In this document: piece by piece, positions 7,359 through 15,155 of the stretch
Layout: the number at the start of each line of letters is the position of its first letter
Numbering within the stretch: position 1 is the stretch's first letter
IMG/VR virus record: IMGVR_UViG_3300047178_000166
Span: 1 to 50,636 of that record
Source of the DNA: a virus
Strand: one strand, 5' to 3'
Length of the DNA: 50,636 bases
Program-made: the position numbers and the translations under genes
The notes under the pieces: generated by a model
What the model saw: only the letters and a program-made list of their open reading frames with translations
Databases searched by the model: none
Told to the model about the DNA's origin: nothing

Positions 7359-7520
7359 TCAGCCCGAGAAGGCGGCGTCCCTGTCGGAGTAGTGCTGCGC
7401 CCAACGCTCGGCGCAGCTCGGCTCCGGCTCTGCGGGCCTTACGGCGGGTGCCGGGGCGCGCCGCAGGACGGGCTTGAGCAGGAGGGAGATGAAGGCGAAG
7501 TTGATCAGGTTCTGGCGCAT
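7359..7520 (-). CDS. Small hypothetical protein (53 aa)
   Basis: ATG at 7520 overlaps the upstream gene end by 16 nt. Sequence begins MRQNLINFAFISLLLKPVL, a hydrophobic N-terminus. Confidence 0.3.
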   Translation of the reverse strand: MRQNLINFAFISLLLKPVLRRAPAPAVRPAEPEPSCAERWAQHYSDRDAAFSG

Positions 7521-7807
7521 CGGGTGGCTCCGCTGGTGACGTCCGTTGCCGCCCGATCCCGCCATTCAAGGCACCCCGCATCGGGGTCGGCCTTCCTGTG
7601 CGCTTCGTAGGCGGCGACGAATGCTACCGCGCGTCCCGGCGTCAGACCCAGGGGTGCGGAGATGACGGTCATCGCGTTTCCCTGGTGCACGCACCAGACG
7701 TCGCCGTAGCCGTCGATGCCGATGCGGGTCGCTCGGGCCCGCGAAGGCCTGCCACGGGTGCGGGCCGGGGACTTCGGGGCGACCGGGATCGGCTGGGCTG
7801 CGAACAT
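7505..7807 (-). CDS. Hypothetical protein (100 aa), first gene of the leftward operon
   Basis: ATG at 7807 with AAGGA upstream. It is divergent from the rightward early operon. An RGRP motif is present. Confidence 0.5.
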   Translation of the reverse strand: MFAAQPIPVAPKSPARTRGRPSRARATRIGIDGYGDVWCVHQGNAMTVISAPLGLTPGRAVAFVAAYEAHRKADPDAGCLEWRDRAATDVTSGATRCART

Positions 7808-7960
7808 GGCGGTGGTTTCCTTGCGGCGGTGGTGCCGTCAACACCCTGCCCCGCTTTCCATGGCCGCGCAACGGGAAAACCGAAAGGAAAGGGCGCGCTT
7901 TTTCCGCTAGGCGCGGGAGACGGCCCGGCAAACAATCCTTGGACACACGGGGGGCGGGGC

Positions 7961-8287
7961 ATGGGACCGGGACAGGCGCGGTGGGCGCGGCGCGGGGCGC
8001 GTGCGGGATGCGTGGTGCTGCTGGCCGTGGCCGAGTGGTGCGCCGTTCGCTGGTCGCACGGGACGGCCGACGCTGCGGGCAGGGTCGCCCTGGTCGCAGC
8101 GGGCTTCACGGCCGAAGCGACCAGGGCGGGCATCGTCGAGCTGGCACGGGCGGGCCGCAGGGGATCGGTGCAACCCGCTCTCGACGCGCTCGACCGGATG
8201 CGGCCGGAGACGATCTCCGAGGTGAAGCCGCGTGCCTACGGACAGGACTGGTGGTCGGTGAAGCGGGGGCTGGAGGACGCACGATGA
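7961..8287 (+). CDS. Hypothetical protein (108 aa), first gene of the rightward early operon
   Basis: ATG at 7961. The stop overlaps the next start (ATGA at 8284). Confidence 0.45.
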   Translation: MGPGQARWARRGARAGCVVLLAVAEWCAVRWSHGTADAAGRVALVAAGFTAEATRAGIVELARAGRRGSVQPALDALDRMRPETISEVKPRAYGQDWWSVKRGLEDAR

Positions 8288-8544
8288 GGACGCACAGGGA
8301 CGCGCTCGAGGACAAGCTGCGGCGGGCGGTCCGCCCCGACCCGCTGGCCGGGATGACCCGCAAGGCACGGAGGCGCGCCGTCGCCCTCGAACGCAAGGTC
8401 GTCATCGTGGCCGCCGACAAGGACGGGAAGCCGATGCTCGTCCGCAAGGCCGACCTCGTGGCGCAGGTGGCTATCGCGGTGAAGTCGGGCCGGGTGAAGC
8501 GCAAGCGCGCCCTGGTCGCTGCGCACCGGGCGCAGCAGGCGTGA
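8284..8544 (+). CDS. Hypothetical basic protein (86 aa)
   Basis: ATGA overlap with the previous gene. Sequence begins MRTHRDALEDKLRRAV. Confidence 0.5.
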   Translation: MRTHRDALEDKLRRAVRPDPLAGMTRKARRRAVALERKVVIVAADKDGKPMLVRKADLVAQVAIAVKSGRVKRKRALVAAHRAQQA

Positions 8545-8792
8545 TCCCCCCGATCGACCCCGCCGCCGTCTGCCGAGCGGTCGAGCTGGGGCACGCATGG
8601 AAGGACGAGGCCCGACGCTACGGTGTCGGCGTGTCCGAGCTGCACCGCGCCGTGCGCGCCTGGCTCGGGGACGGGGTGCCGATGCCAGCCCCGCCCGGCA
8701 AGGGCGCGATGAGGACCTCGCGGGCGCGTTTGGCACGCACCTCGCACGAGGACGTCGGCGCGGCCCTGCGTGCGTTCGGGCTGACCCTGTGA
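8541..8792 (+). CDS. Small putative HTH protein (83 aa)
   Basis: GTGA overlap start. DEARRYGVGVSELHRAVRAWL is HTH-like. Confidence 0.5.
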   Translation: MIPPIDPAAVCRAVELGHAWKDEARRYGVGVSELHRAVRAWLGDGVPMPAPPGKGAMRTSRARLARTSHEDVGAALRAFGLTL

Positions 8793-8800
8793 GGGCCCCG

Positions 8801-9337
8801 ATGGACGCCGCCGACCAGAAGGCAGAGCGTGCATGGTTCCTGCTGCATTGCGGGCTGCCGATCCGGGAGGTCGCGAAGCGGATGGGCGTGTCCGTCCCGG
8901 CGGCGTTCGCGCTGCTGGACGTGCACGCCCCGGTCGCCCGGGAGCGCGAGCAGCGCGAGATGCTCGGATGGGGGGACTACGCGCAGGAGCCCGACCGCCC
9001 GGCGGCACCGGAGCCCCCGGCAAATCCCGACTTCGAGCCCTCCGACATGGATGCCCCCGAGCTGACCGGGATAGGCCGCGCGCTCTACCCCGAGCTAGAG
9101 GATTGGGTGCCCGAGTTCGGTTTGGTCGCCGCGAAGTGGCGACCCCACGAGAAATGGACCCCCGTCTCGCAGCGCGACCTCCGGGCATGGGTGGCGGGAG
9201 AGAAGCCCGTCCCCGCGTGGGCCGCGCGCGCCGCCCGAGCGATGGCGGCACTCGGCCGGGAAGGACTGCCGCCGCCCGTGCGTGCGCGGGAGCTGAAGGC
9301 GATCAAGATGAAGCCGGGAAGGAAGAAGAGCCCATGA
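8801..9337 (+). CDS. HTH protein (178 aa)
   Basis: ATG at 8801 with GAGGG 5 nt upstream. LLHCGLPIREVAKRMGVSVPAAFALL is a sigma-r4/LuxR-like HTH. The C-terminal RDLRAWVAGEKPVPAW motif is shared with the 118-aa protein. Confidence 0.55.
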   Translation: MDAADQKAERAWFLLHCGLPIREVAKRMGVSVPAAFALLDVHAPVAREREQREMLGWGDYAQEPDRPAAPEPPANPDFEPSDMDAPELTGIGRALYPELEDWVPEFGLVAAKWRPHEKWTPVSQRDLRAWVAGEKPVPAWAARAARAMAALGREGLPPPVRARELKAIKMKPGRKKSP

Positions 9338-9561
9338 CCCCCAAGGAAATCGTCGCCGCGCTCGGGGGACCGACCGCCGTGGGCCGCGCCCTGTCCGTGC
9401 CGGTCAGCACCGTGGCCACGTGGGGCCGGGACGGAAGCCGTGGCTGCGTCCCGGCTTGGCACGTCGCCCCGCTGCTCCGCATAGCCCGCGAGCAATCCGT
9501 CACGCTGACAGTTGAGGACCTGGTGCCGGGGCTGCGCGAGCTCGCGGGAGAAGTCCCGTGA
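9334..9561 (+). CDS. Cro/YdaS-like small DNA-binding protein (75 aa)
   Basis: ATGA overlap start. IVAALGGPTAVGRALSVPVSTVATWGRDG matches the Cro-like HTH pattern. Confidence 0.55.
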   Translation: MTPKEIVAALGGPTAVGRALSVPVSTVATWGRDGSRGCVPAWHVAPLLRIAREQSVTLTVEDLVPGLRELAGEVP

Positions 9562-9983
9562 GGCAGGGACTCCGGACGCCGCCGGAGACGTTCGAACGGG
9601 CGCGCGTCCTGCTAGAGCGTGGCGAGACGGTGCGCTACGTGGCCGACCGCGTGGGCTACAACGAGAAGACGATCCGCCTGTGGGTGCACTCCGGACGGCT
9701 CGGGGAGGTCCTGCGCGAGCGGGCCGCGCGGCCCGAGGACGAGGGACGCTCCCTGAGAAACCTGCTGGAGGGCGGCACGGGCGGATGGCGGGGCCAGCGT
9801 CAGGCCCTGGCCGCGTCGCTCCGCAAGAAGATCCCACCGGCCAGCCCCGGGGAGGAAGCCAAGCTGATCGCTGAGTGGCTGGCAAAGAACGAGGTCACGA
9901 AGATCCCGGCGGCGCACGCGTTCGACGGCAGCGCGGACGCCCGGAACTCCGCCTTTCTTATCCGGACGGCGGCGTCGTCGTGA
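9558..9983 (+). CDS. HTH protein (141 aa)
   Basis: GTGA overlap start. RARVLLERGETVRYVADRVGYNEKTIRLWV is HTH-like. Confidence 0.5.
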   Translation: MRQGLRTPPETFERARVLLERGETVRYVADRVGYNEKTIRLWVHSGRLGEVLRERAARPEDEGRSLRNLLEGGTGGWRGQRQALAASLRKKIPPASPGEEAKLIAEWLAKNEVTKIPAAHAFDGSADARNSAFLIRTAASS

Positions 9984-10423
9984 GCGGGCCGCCGTTCCTG
10001 ACCCTGACGGTGCCGCCGGGCCCTTCAAGCAATCGGCTGTGGAAGTCAGGGAAGAAAACCCATTTCAGGACCGACCCCTACAAGTCCTGGCTTGCCGTGG
10101 CGATACCGCTGGTCCGGTCGCAAGCCCGGGGGCGCAGCCTGGCGGGTCACTACGCGCTGCGGGTCACGGTGCCGCGTTCGGCCAGGGACCTCGGCAACTA
10201 CGAGAAGGCCCTTTCGGACATGCTCCAGGCCGCCGGGGTCGTGGCCGACGACAAGCTCGCCGACGAAATCCTGGCGGTACGCGACTGGACGGGCCAGGGT
10301 GGCCAGGTAATCCTAGACCTGTGGCACCGGGAAGACCCGCCCGCCAAGGAAAAGACGCCGAGAAAGAGGACGACGAAGACGACCGGACGGACCAACGGGG
10401 CACCAAACCCGCCGACCGGATGA
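9980..10423 (+). CDS. rusA: RusA-family Holliday junction resolvase
   Basis: GTGA overlap start. LTVPPGPSSNRLW and ARDLGNYEKALSDMLQAAGVVADDKL match RusA motifs (DxxN...DD). Confidence 0.75.
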   Translation: MSGPPFLTLTVPPGPSSNRLWKSGKKTHFRTDPYKSWLAVAIPLVRSQARGRSLAGHYALRVTVPRSARDLGNYEKALSDMLQAAGVVADDKLADEILAVRDWTGQGGQVILDLWHREDPPAKEKTPRKRTTKTTGRTNGAPNPPTG

Positions 10424-10445
10424 CCCCCGAGACGAGAGGCACCAC

Positions 10446-12314
10446 GTGACCCAACCCGCAACGCGCCGCAGGCAGGAGCCCCCGACATACTCGGGCCGCG
10501 ACGCCGTGGCCGTGCTCTACCCGTGGCACCAGGACTTCGAATCCGGCACGGGATACCGGACGGGCGCGCATCCGGGCAAGCACTTCTCGGCCGCTGGCAC
10601 CGTGGCCTACCGCTCCGGGCTGTTCTTCCAGTCCGAGCTCCGGACGTGGTCGACGATCGGCGAGCTGCACGACGTCGTGTGCGACCTCGCGGTCGAGGGG
10701 GCGGCGTTCCCCGTGCGCTCGGCACCGGCACACGACGGGAGCTACATGCGGCGCACGAAGGTCCGCAAGGGCAAGTGCCCGCCCGGACTGAAGCACGTGC
10801 CCCTGCGCTGGCTCCCGGTCGACGCCGACAAGCTGCCGAACGTGATGGGGCTCGACCCCCGCCGCGACCCGGTGGGGACGCTGCGCTGGATCGCCAGCCT
10901 GCTCGGACCCGAGTTCCGAGGCGTCACCTGCTCGGCGCACTTCTCGTCGTCATCGTGCGTTGGCGTGCCCGAGGGACAGGCTCCCACGCACCTATCGGCA
11001 CGGCTGCACTTCCTGCTCGACGCGCCGCTGATGGAGCTCGGGTGCCGGGCGGTCCTGAAGCTGCTCTGCGCCAGGGTCAGGGCGTTCTTCAGGGACGGGC
11101 ACGGGATAGAGTTCGCCCCGCGCGTGAAGCCCATCGACCCCAAGATTGCCGACATTCAGCAGCCGATCTACTGCGCTCGGCCGACCTTCGACGGCGTGGC
11201 CGACCCCCACGAGGTCACCGGGCGCGCCTTCCTTCTGGAGGGCACCGCCGACGTCGTGAGCCTGGAGGACCTGAGGTCTGCGGTCCGCGACGCGCAGCCG
11301 GAGCCGGAGGCCGTGCGCGAGGGGGAGAGGCCGTCAGAGCGTAGGCAGCGTAGGCAGCGCGAGAGGGCGGCGCGGACGTCGAGGCAGACCAAGGTGCCGG
11401 GATCGGTCCTGCCGCTCGCCGCGTCCCTGAAGCTGATCACGGCCTACCGCGAACGGCTGGACGCGGCGATCAAGGGTGTCGGCCGGGAGCACTACCTGGC
11501 GACCTGCTACAACCTGTTCAGCCGCCGCTCCGCGCTGGAGATGGTCGCCCTGGCCCTGCACAGGGGCGGTCTGCACGAGGGGACCAGGGACGAGTTCTCG
11601 ACGATGATCGCGTCGGCCGTGGTCGCGTCCATGCCGCTTAGCCGGGATGTAACGGACGAGATGGTCCGAGCCGAGGTCCGTCCGCTGCTCGTGCTCGTCT
11701 GCGGTGCCGAGTGGGTCCGGGTCGAGTGGGAAGAGGCCGGGGCCGACGCGTCTATCCTGGCGCGCTACCGCCGGGCCGTCGCGGGCGAGAGGGACCGCCA
11801 CGGCCGGGACCCCCGCTACACGTATTCGAAGGCGCGGCTGCTGCGCGAGTGGGAGCCGACCTACGCCGAGATCCTGGCCCTGGGGCTGCGCTCGCTCGCG
11901 AACGACGCCGACCGTGCGGCCGCCGAACGCGAGGCCGACCGGATGGCCACGGGCGCGCCGAGCAGGGACGAGTGGCTGGCCGCAGCCCGTGCCCTGGCTC
12001 CCCGGGCGCACGCGCTGCGGGCCGATGGCCTGAGCTGCCGCAAGGTCGCAGACCGCCTGGGGGTGAGCCTCGGCAAGGCCCTCCGGCTTCTGGCCCTGTC
12101 GCCCGAGACGGTGGCGCAGCTGGCAGAGACACAGGAGAGCACCGTGACCGAAGAAGAGCAGCAGACCGTGCCCGTGGCGGCGACGGTGGCAGAGCCCGCG
12201 ACCGAGCCGACGAACGTGGTGGCCTTCAGGGCTCCGGTGAGGCCGGGTATCCCCGACTTCCTGCGGGTCCGGGTGCCCTCCAGCGGAAAGCAGCTGTTGC
12301 ACCGGACCGCCTGA
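10446..12314 (+). CDS. Replication protein: N-terminal primase-polymerase (AEP)-like region, C-terminal HTH
   Basis: 622 aa. GTG start after GAGAGG. Candidate AEP motifs are LPVDADK (DxD), SARLHFLL (sxH) and PIDPKIADIQQPIYCARP. C-terminal HTH is LSCRKVADRLGVSLGKALRLL. No Walker A motif is seen. 21-bp iterons lie immediately downstream. Confidence 0.45.
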   Translation: MTQPATRRRQEPPTYSGRDAVAVLYPWHQDFESGTGYRTGAHPGKHFSAAGTVAYRSGLFFQSELRTWSTIGELHDVVCDLAVEGAAFPVRSAPAHDGSYMRRTKVRKGKCPPGLKHVPLRWLPVDADKLPNVMGLDPRRDPVGTLRWIASLLGPEFRGVTCSAHFSSSSCVGVPEGQAPTHLSARLHFLLDAPLMELGCRAVLKLLCARVRAFFRDGHGIEFAPRVKPIDPKIADIQQPIYCARPTFDGVADPHEVTGRAFLLEGTADVVSLEDLRSAVRDAQPEPEAVREGERPSERRQRRQRERAARTSRQTKVPGSVLPLAASLKLITAYRERLDAAIKGVGREHYLATCYNLFSRRSALEMVALALHRGGLHEGTRDEFSTMIASAVVASMPLSRDVTDEMVRAEVRPLLVLVCGAEWVRVEWEEAGADASILARYRRAVAGERDRHGRDPRYTYSKARLLREWEPTYAEILALGLRSLANDADRAAAEREADRMATGAPSRDEWLAAARALAPRAHALRADGLSCRKVADRLGVSLGKALRLLALSPETVAQLAETQESTVTEEEQQTVPVAATVAEPATEPTNVVAFRAPVRPGIPDFLRVRVPSSGKQLLHRTA

Positions 12315-12341
12315 CGGCAGCGGGAGGACTGCGCCGACTCC

Positions 12342-12396
12342 ACCCGGATCACCGCCGACGCAACCCGGATCACCGCCGACGCAACCCGGATCACCC
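12342..12396 (+). repeat. 21-bp direct iterons, 2.6 copies (ACCCGGATCACCGCCGACGCA)
   Basis: Perfect copies at 12342-12362 and 12363-12383, with a partial copy at 12384-12396. The array starts 28 nt after the replication gene stop. Confidence 0.9.
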
Positions 12397-12856
12397 CGGA
12401 ACGGGCAAGCCGGGGCGTGCAGGGAACGGGGGCAGCACGTGCCTGCTTGGTCCGTGGCGGGCAACGGGAACGGGACGGGACACCGGAGGGCAGGGAGGTG
12501 AACGGGTGCCGTGGGATGTCCCTGCCGGGACGGATGGCCACGGGCTCCGTGCGGCTTCACCCATCCGACCCCAGGTACCCGTACGGATGGGGCTGGCTAA
12601 GGATCTGGCTCTCTTCCTGCTCCAGCAGCTTCCCCTTCCATAGAGCCCGACGCTACCCGGATCAGCCGAACTGCCCTGTCCCGCTCGCGGCAACCCGTCA
12701 CGACGGCACAAGGAAACCTGCCGTCGCTTGCTAGTAAACCCTTGCGGTTTTGCCGCTGCCCAGGCATAGTCCGGGTGTCGGCAGCGGACGGTGGTGCGTC
12801 TGCGGCAGGCGTCTCGGGTGACCGGCGGATGGTGGTGCGTCCTCCGGTCTGTTCAG

Positions 12857-12897
12857 AAAAGGAAGCGGCTCGGGGCAACTCGAGCCGCTTTCCTTTT
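12857..12897 (+). terminator. Rho-independent-type terminator
   Basis: AAAAGGAAGCGGCTCG, an 8-nt loop, then CGAGCCGCTTTCCTTTT followed by GTG. It is a 16-bp stem with one bulge and a T-run. Confidence 0.7.
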
Positions 12898-13025
12898 GTG
12901 CGGCGATCCGTCCCACGGCAAGGAAAAACGGCCAATAAAGTGGACCGCTCGCATTTAGTCCTTTGAGCAGGGCAGACGGTATGTAGCATCGAGGTAACGG
13001 ATTTCCCGAACCCGAGGGCCGCACC

Positions 13026-13331
13026 CTGCTTCACGCACGCTACTACACGCGCGAGCAAGACGCGCTGCTGGTCCGGCTTGCCGAGGCCGGGACGCCGTGG
13101 GCCGTCATCCATGCGCGCCTGTGCAAGCCGTGCACAATCGAGAGCCTGCGGAGTCGTTACCTCAGGATGGAGACGGCAGAGGCCCGCGCCGCCCGGCTCG
13201 GCAGGGTCGTCGACCGCGAGCCCGGAGGGAGGCGCAGGACCTGCCTCCGGTGCAGCCGTCCCTTCGAGAGCGAGGGCGTTCACAATAGGCTCTGCACGCC
13301 ATGCTCGGACTGGATCCGGGAATGCGGCTGA
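13026..13331 (+). CDS. Myb/SANT-like plus zinc-ribbon small protein; no ATG/GTG/TTG start available (candidate CTG start)
   Basis: Open frame from 12987 to TGA at 13329-13331. YYTREQDALLVRLAEAGTPWAVIHARLCKPCTIESLRSRYLRM is Myb-like, and CLRCSRPFESEGVHNRLCTPC is a CxxC...CxxC ribbon. GAGGG lies 7 nt before CTG 13026. The first ATG (13167) falls inside the domain. Confidence 0.4.
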   Translation: MLHARYYTREQDALLVRLAEAGTPWAVIHARLCKPCTIESLRSRYLRMETAEARAARLGRVVDREPGGRRRTCLRCSRPFESEGVHNRLCTPCSDWIRECG

Positions 13332-13344
13332 CCAGGGGGCGACC

Positions 13345-13950
13345 GTGATCAACGTGAAGGCCGACGTAAGCAAGCTGACCAAGGGACTCGGGCACCTCAG
13401 CGATCAGCTGCCCTACGCGACCGCGCTGGCCCTGAGCCAGGTGGCAAGGCAGGCCCGCGACGACGTGACCGCCAAGATTCCGAGCATCTTCGCTGCGAAG
13501 GGGCCGCCGACGCCGTTCACCCGGAACGCGGTCGGCTACACCTCGGCGAACAAGCGCAACCTGACCGCGACGGTGTTCGTGAAGGACGCGCAGGCGAAAT
13601 ACCTCGTGCTCGAGGAAACGGGCGGCACGCAGACCCCGGACAAGGGCTCGGCCTTCGTGCTCCCGATAGACGCCGCCCGCAACGCGTACGGCAACATGGC
13701 CAAGGGCTACCTCCAGAGGATGAAGGGCCGGAAGCGCAACCAGGCCTTTGTCGGCACCGAGCACAACATCGGCGGCTTTTGGCTGCGGCAGGCAGGAAAG
13801 CTCGTGCTCCTCGCCGAGTTCATAAAGAAGAGGACCTACAAGCCCAAGTTCCACTATCGCGAGATGGTCAAGAAGTCGGTCGACGCGAACCTCCCGGCGG
13901 CGATGACGGCAGGGATCGCGAAGGCCCTCGCCACGGCGAGGACGCCGTGA
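13345..13950 (+). CDS. Virion-associated protein, weakly lambda gpZ (tail completion)-like
   Basis: GTG at 13345 after AGGGGG. 201 aa. The N-terminal LSDQLPYATALALSQVARQARDDV resembles the gpZ N-terminus as remembered. Functional assignment is weak. Confidence 0.35.
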   Translation: MINVKADVSKLTKGLGHLSDQLPYATALALSQVARQARDDVTAKIPSIFAAKGPPTPFTRNAVGYTSANKRNLTATVFVKDAQAKYLVLEETGGTQTPDKGSAFVLPIDAARNAYGNMAKGYLQRMKGRKRNQAFVGTEHNIGGFWLRQAGKLVLLAEFIKKRTYKPKFHYREMVKKSVDANLPAAMTAGIAKALATARTP

Positions 13951-14090
13951 CCGCCAGGTTTCCCTTTGCGCGGGAGACGTCGCGGCCGACGATGGTGCCG
14001 TCCGCCGTCGCGGTGGGCTGGGTGGCTCCAGGGGTCGGCAGGGCACGCATGAAGCCGCCGACCCCAAACCTGGAGAGCTCGGAAGAATGA
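13947..14090 (+). CDS. Tiny coupled ORF (47 aa)
   Basis: It has a GTGA overlap at its 5' end and an ATGA overlap at its 3' end. There is no other support. Confidence 0.2.
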   Translation: MTARFPFARETSRPTMVPSAVAVGWVAPGVGRARMKPPTPNLESSEE

Positions 14091-14662
14091 CCACGATCCT
14101 GTGCGACCTCGACGGGACGCTTGTCGACACGGCACCGCTGGTCCGTGCCAGCTGCATCGGCGCGCTGGCCAGTCTCGGCATCGTGGCAAGCAACCTCGAC
14201 GAGCGTCCCGCGCCCGATGACGGCGTGTTCTGGACCGGCGTCGTTTCGTCGTTCGCCAGGCTGCGCGGCGTGTCCCTGGCGACCGTCCATGCCAGGCGTC
14301 GGCAGCTCTACATGGGCTCCCTGGTGCACGCGCAGGTGAACAAGGAACTGGTGCAGCGCATCCGGCGCGCTCGCCTGGAAGGGTCGTCTTCCGCATTGGT
14401 CACCAACGCGAGCAGGGTCAACGCCGATGCAATCCTTGGCACGCTGGGGATTGGCGACCTGTTCGACATACGTGTCTGCCGTGGCGACGTGTCGCAGCCC
14501 AAGCCGCACGCGGAGCCGTACACGTGCGCGATGCAGTTGCTGCGGGCCAGTCCCGCCGAGTGCTGCGCGTTCGAGGACACCGACGAAGGCATCGCTTCGG
14601 CGAACGCGGCGAACGTGGGCGTGGTGCACGACGTGCGCGGCTGGCAGGGGAGAGCATCGTGA
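14087..14662 (+). CDS. HAD-superfamily hydrolase (phosphatase-like)
   Basis: Motif I is DLDGTLVDT, motif II is VTNAS, and motifs III/IV are KP...FEDTDEG. Confidence 0.75.
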   Translation: MTTILCDLDGTLVDTAPLVRASCIGALASLGIVASNLDERPAPDDGVFWTGVVSSFARLRGVSLATVHARRRQLYMGSLVHAQVNKELVQRIRRARLEGSSSALVTNASRVNADAILGTLGIGDLFDIRVCRGDVSQPKPHAEPYTCAMQLLRASPAECCAFEDTDEGIASANAANVGVVHDVRGWQGRAS

Positions 14663-14720
14663 ACGCGGCCAGCCCATCGAGCCATGCAAGCCGTGCATGG
14701 GTGGGGGGTCTTGGGTCCCT

Positions 14721-14742
14721 CCCGGGGCATGGATGCCCCGGG
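14721..14742 (+). terminator. Hairpin after the HAD gene
   Basis: CCCGGGGCAT-GG-ATGCCCCGGG, a 10-bp perfect stem. Confidence 0.45.
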
Positions 14743-14897
14743 GGCCATTCGCGGCCCGTTCCATCCCTAGCTCGCAAATCCCGAATCGCCTTAACTGAAC
14801 GCCGCTCTGGGGGTGCTACGCGCCCGTTCGCGTTTTTCCCGCATCAGTTCCCACCGGAAAACGGTGCCCGTCCTGGTGCCCTTCTAGGAGCTTCCGG

Positions 14898-15155
14898 ATG
14901 ACCGTCGAAATCACGGACTTGGGCTGGAAGCCGATCGAGTCCGCACCGAAGGACGGCACGCAGGTCCTGCTCTGCCGTGCCACGGACGCTGAAGGCAAAC
15001 CTATCGGCGCGAATAGCTTCGGCCTGTTCACGCAGGTCGCGGCGTGGTGGGAGGGTGAGGACGAATGGATCGTCTATTGCGACCTCTGCCGCGACCCGGC
15101 TCTGCACTTCGAGCCTAGCCATTGGATGCATGTTCCGAGGAATCCCCTGTCGTGA
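14898..15155 (+). CDS. DUF551-like protein
   Basis: ATG after AGGAG. WKPIESAPKDGTQVLL...PSHWMHVP matches the DUF551 pattern. Confidence 0.65.
   Translation: MTVEITDLGWKPIESAPKDGTQVLLCRATDAEGKPIGANSFGLFTQVAAWWEGEDEWIVYCDLCRDPALHFEPSHWMHVPRNPLS

Noticed and set aside
8106-9251. 381-aa minus-strand ORF antisense to the early operon
   Set aside because: The translation is low-complexity and Arg/Pro/Ala-rich. It has no start context. The plus-strand genes show coupled starts and HTH motifs.
12597-13382. 261-aa minus-strand ORF and other ORFs in 12391-13024
   Set aside because: There are no RBS or start contexts, the translations are junk-like, and the region contains iterons, a terminator and lower-GC tracts. 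It is treated as non-coding.
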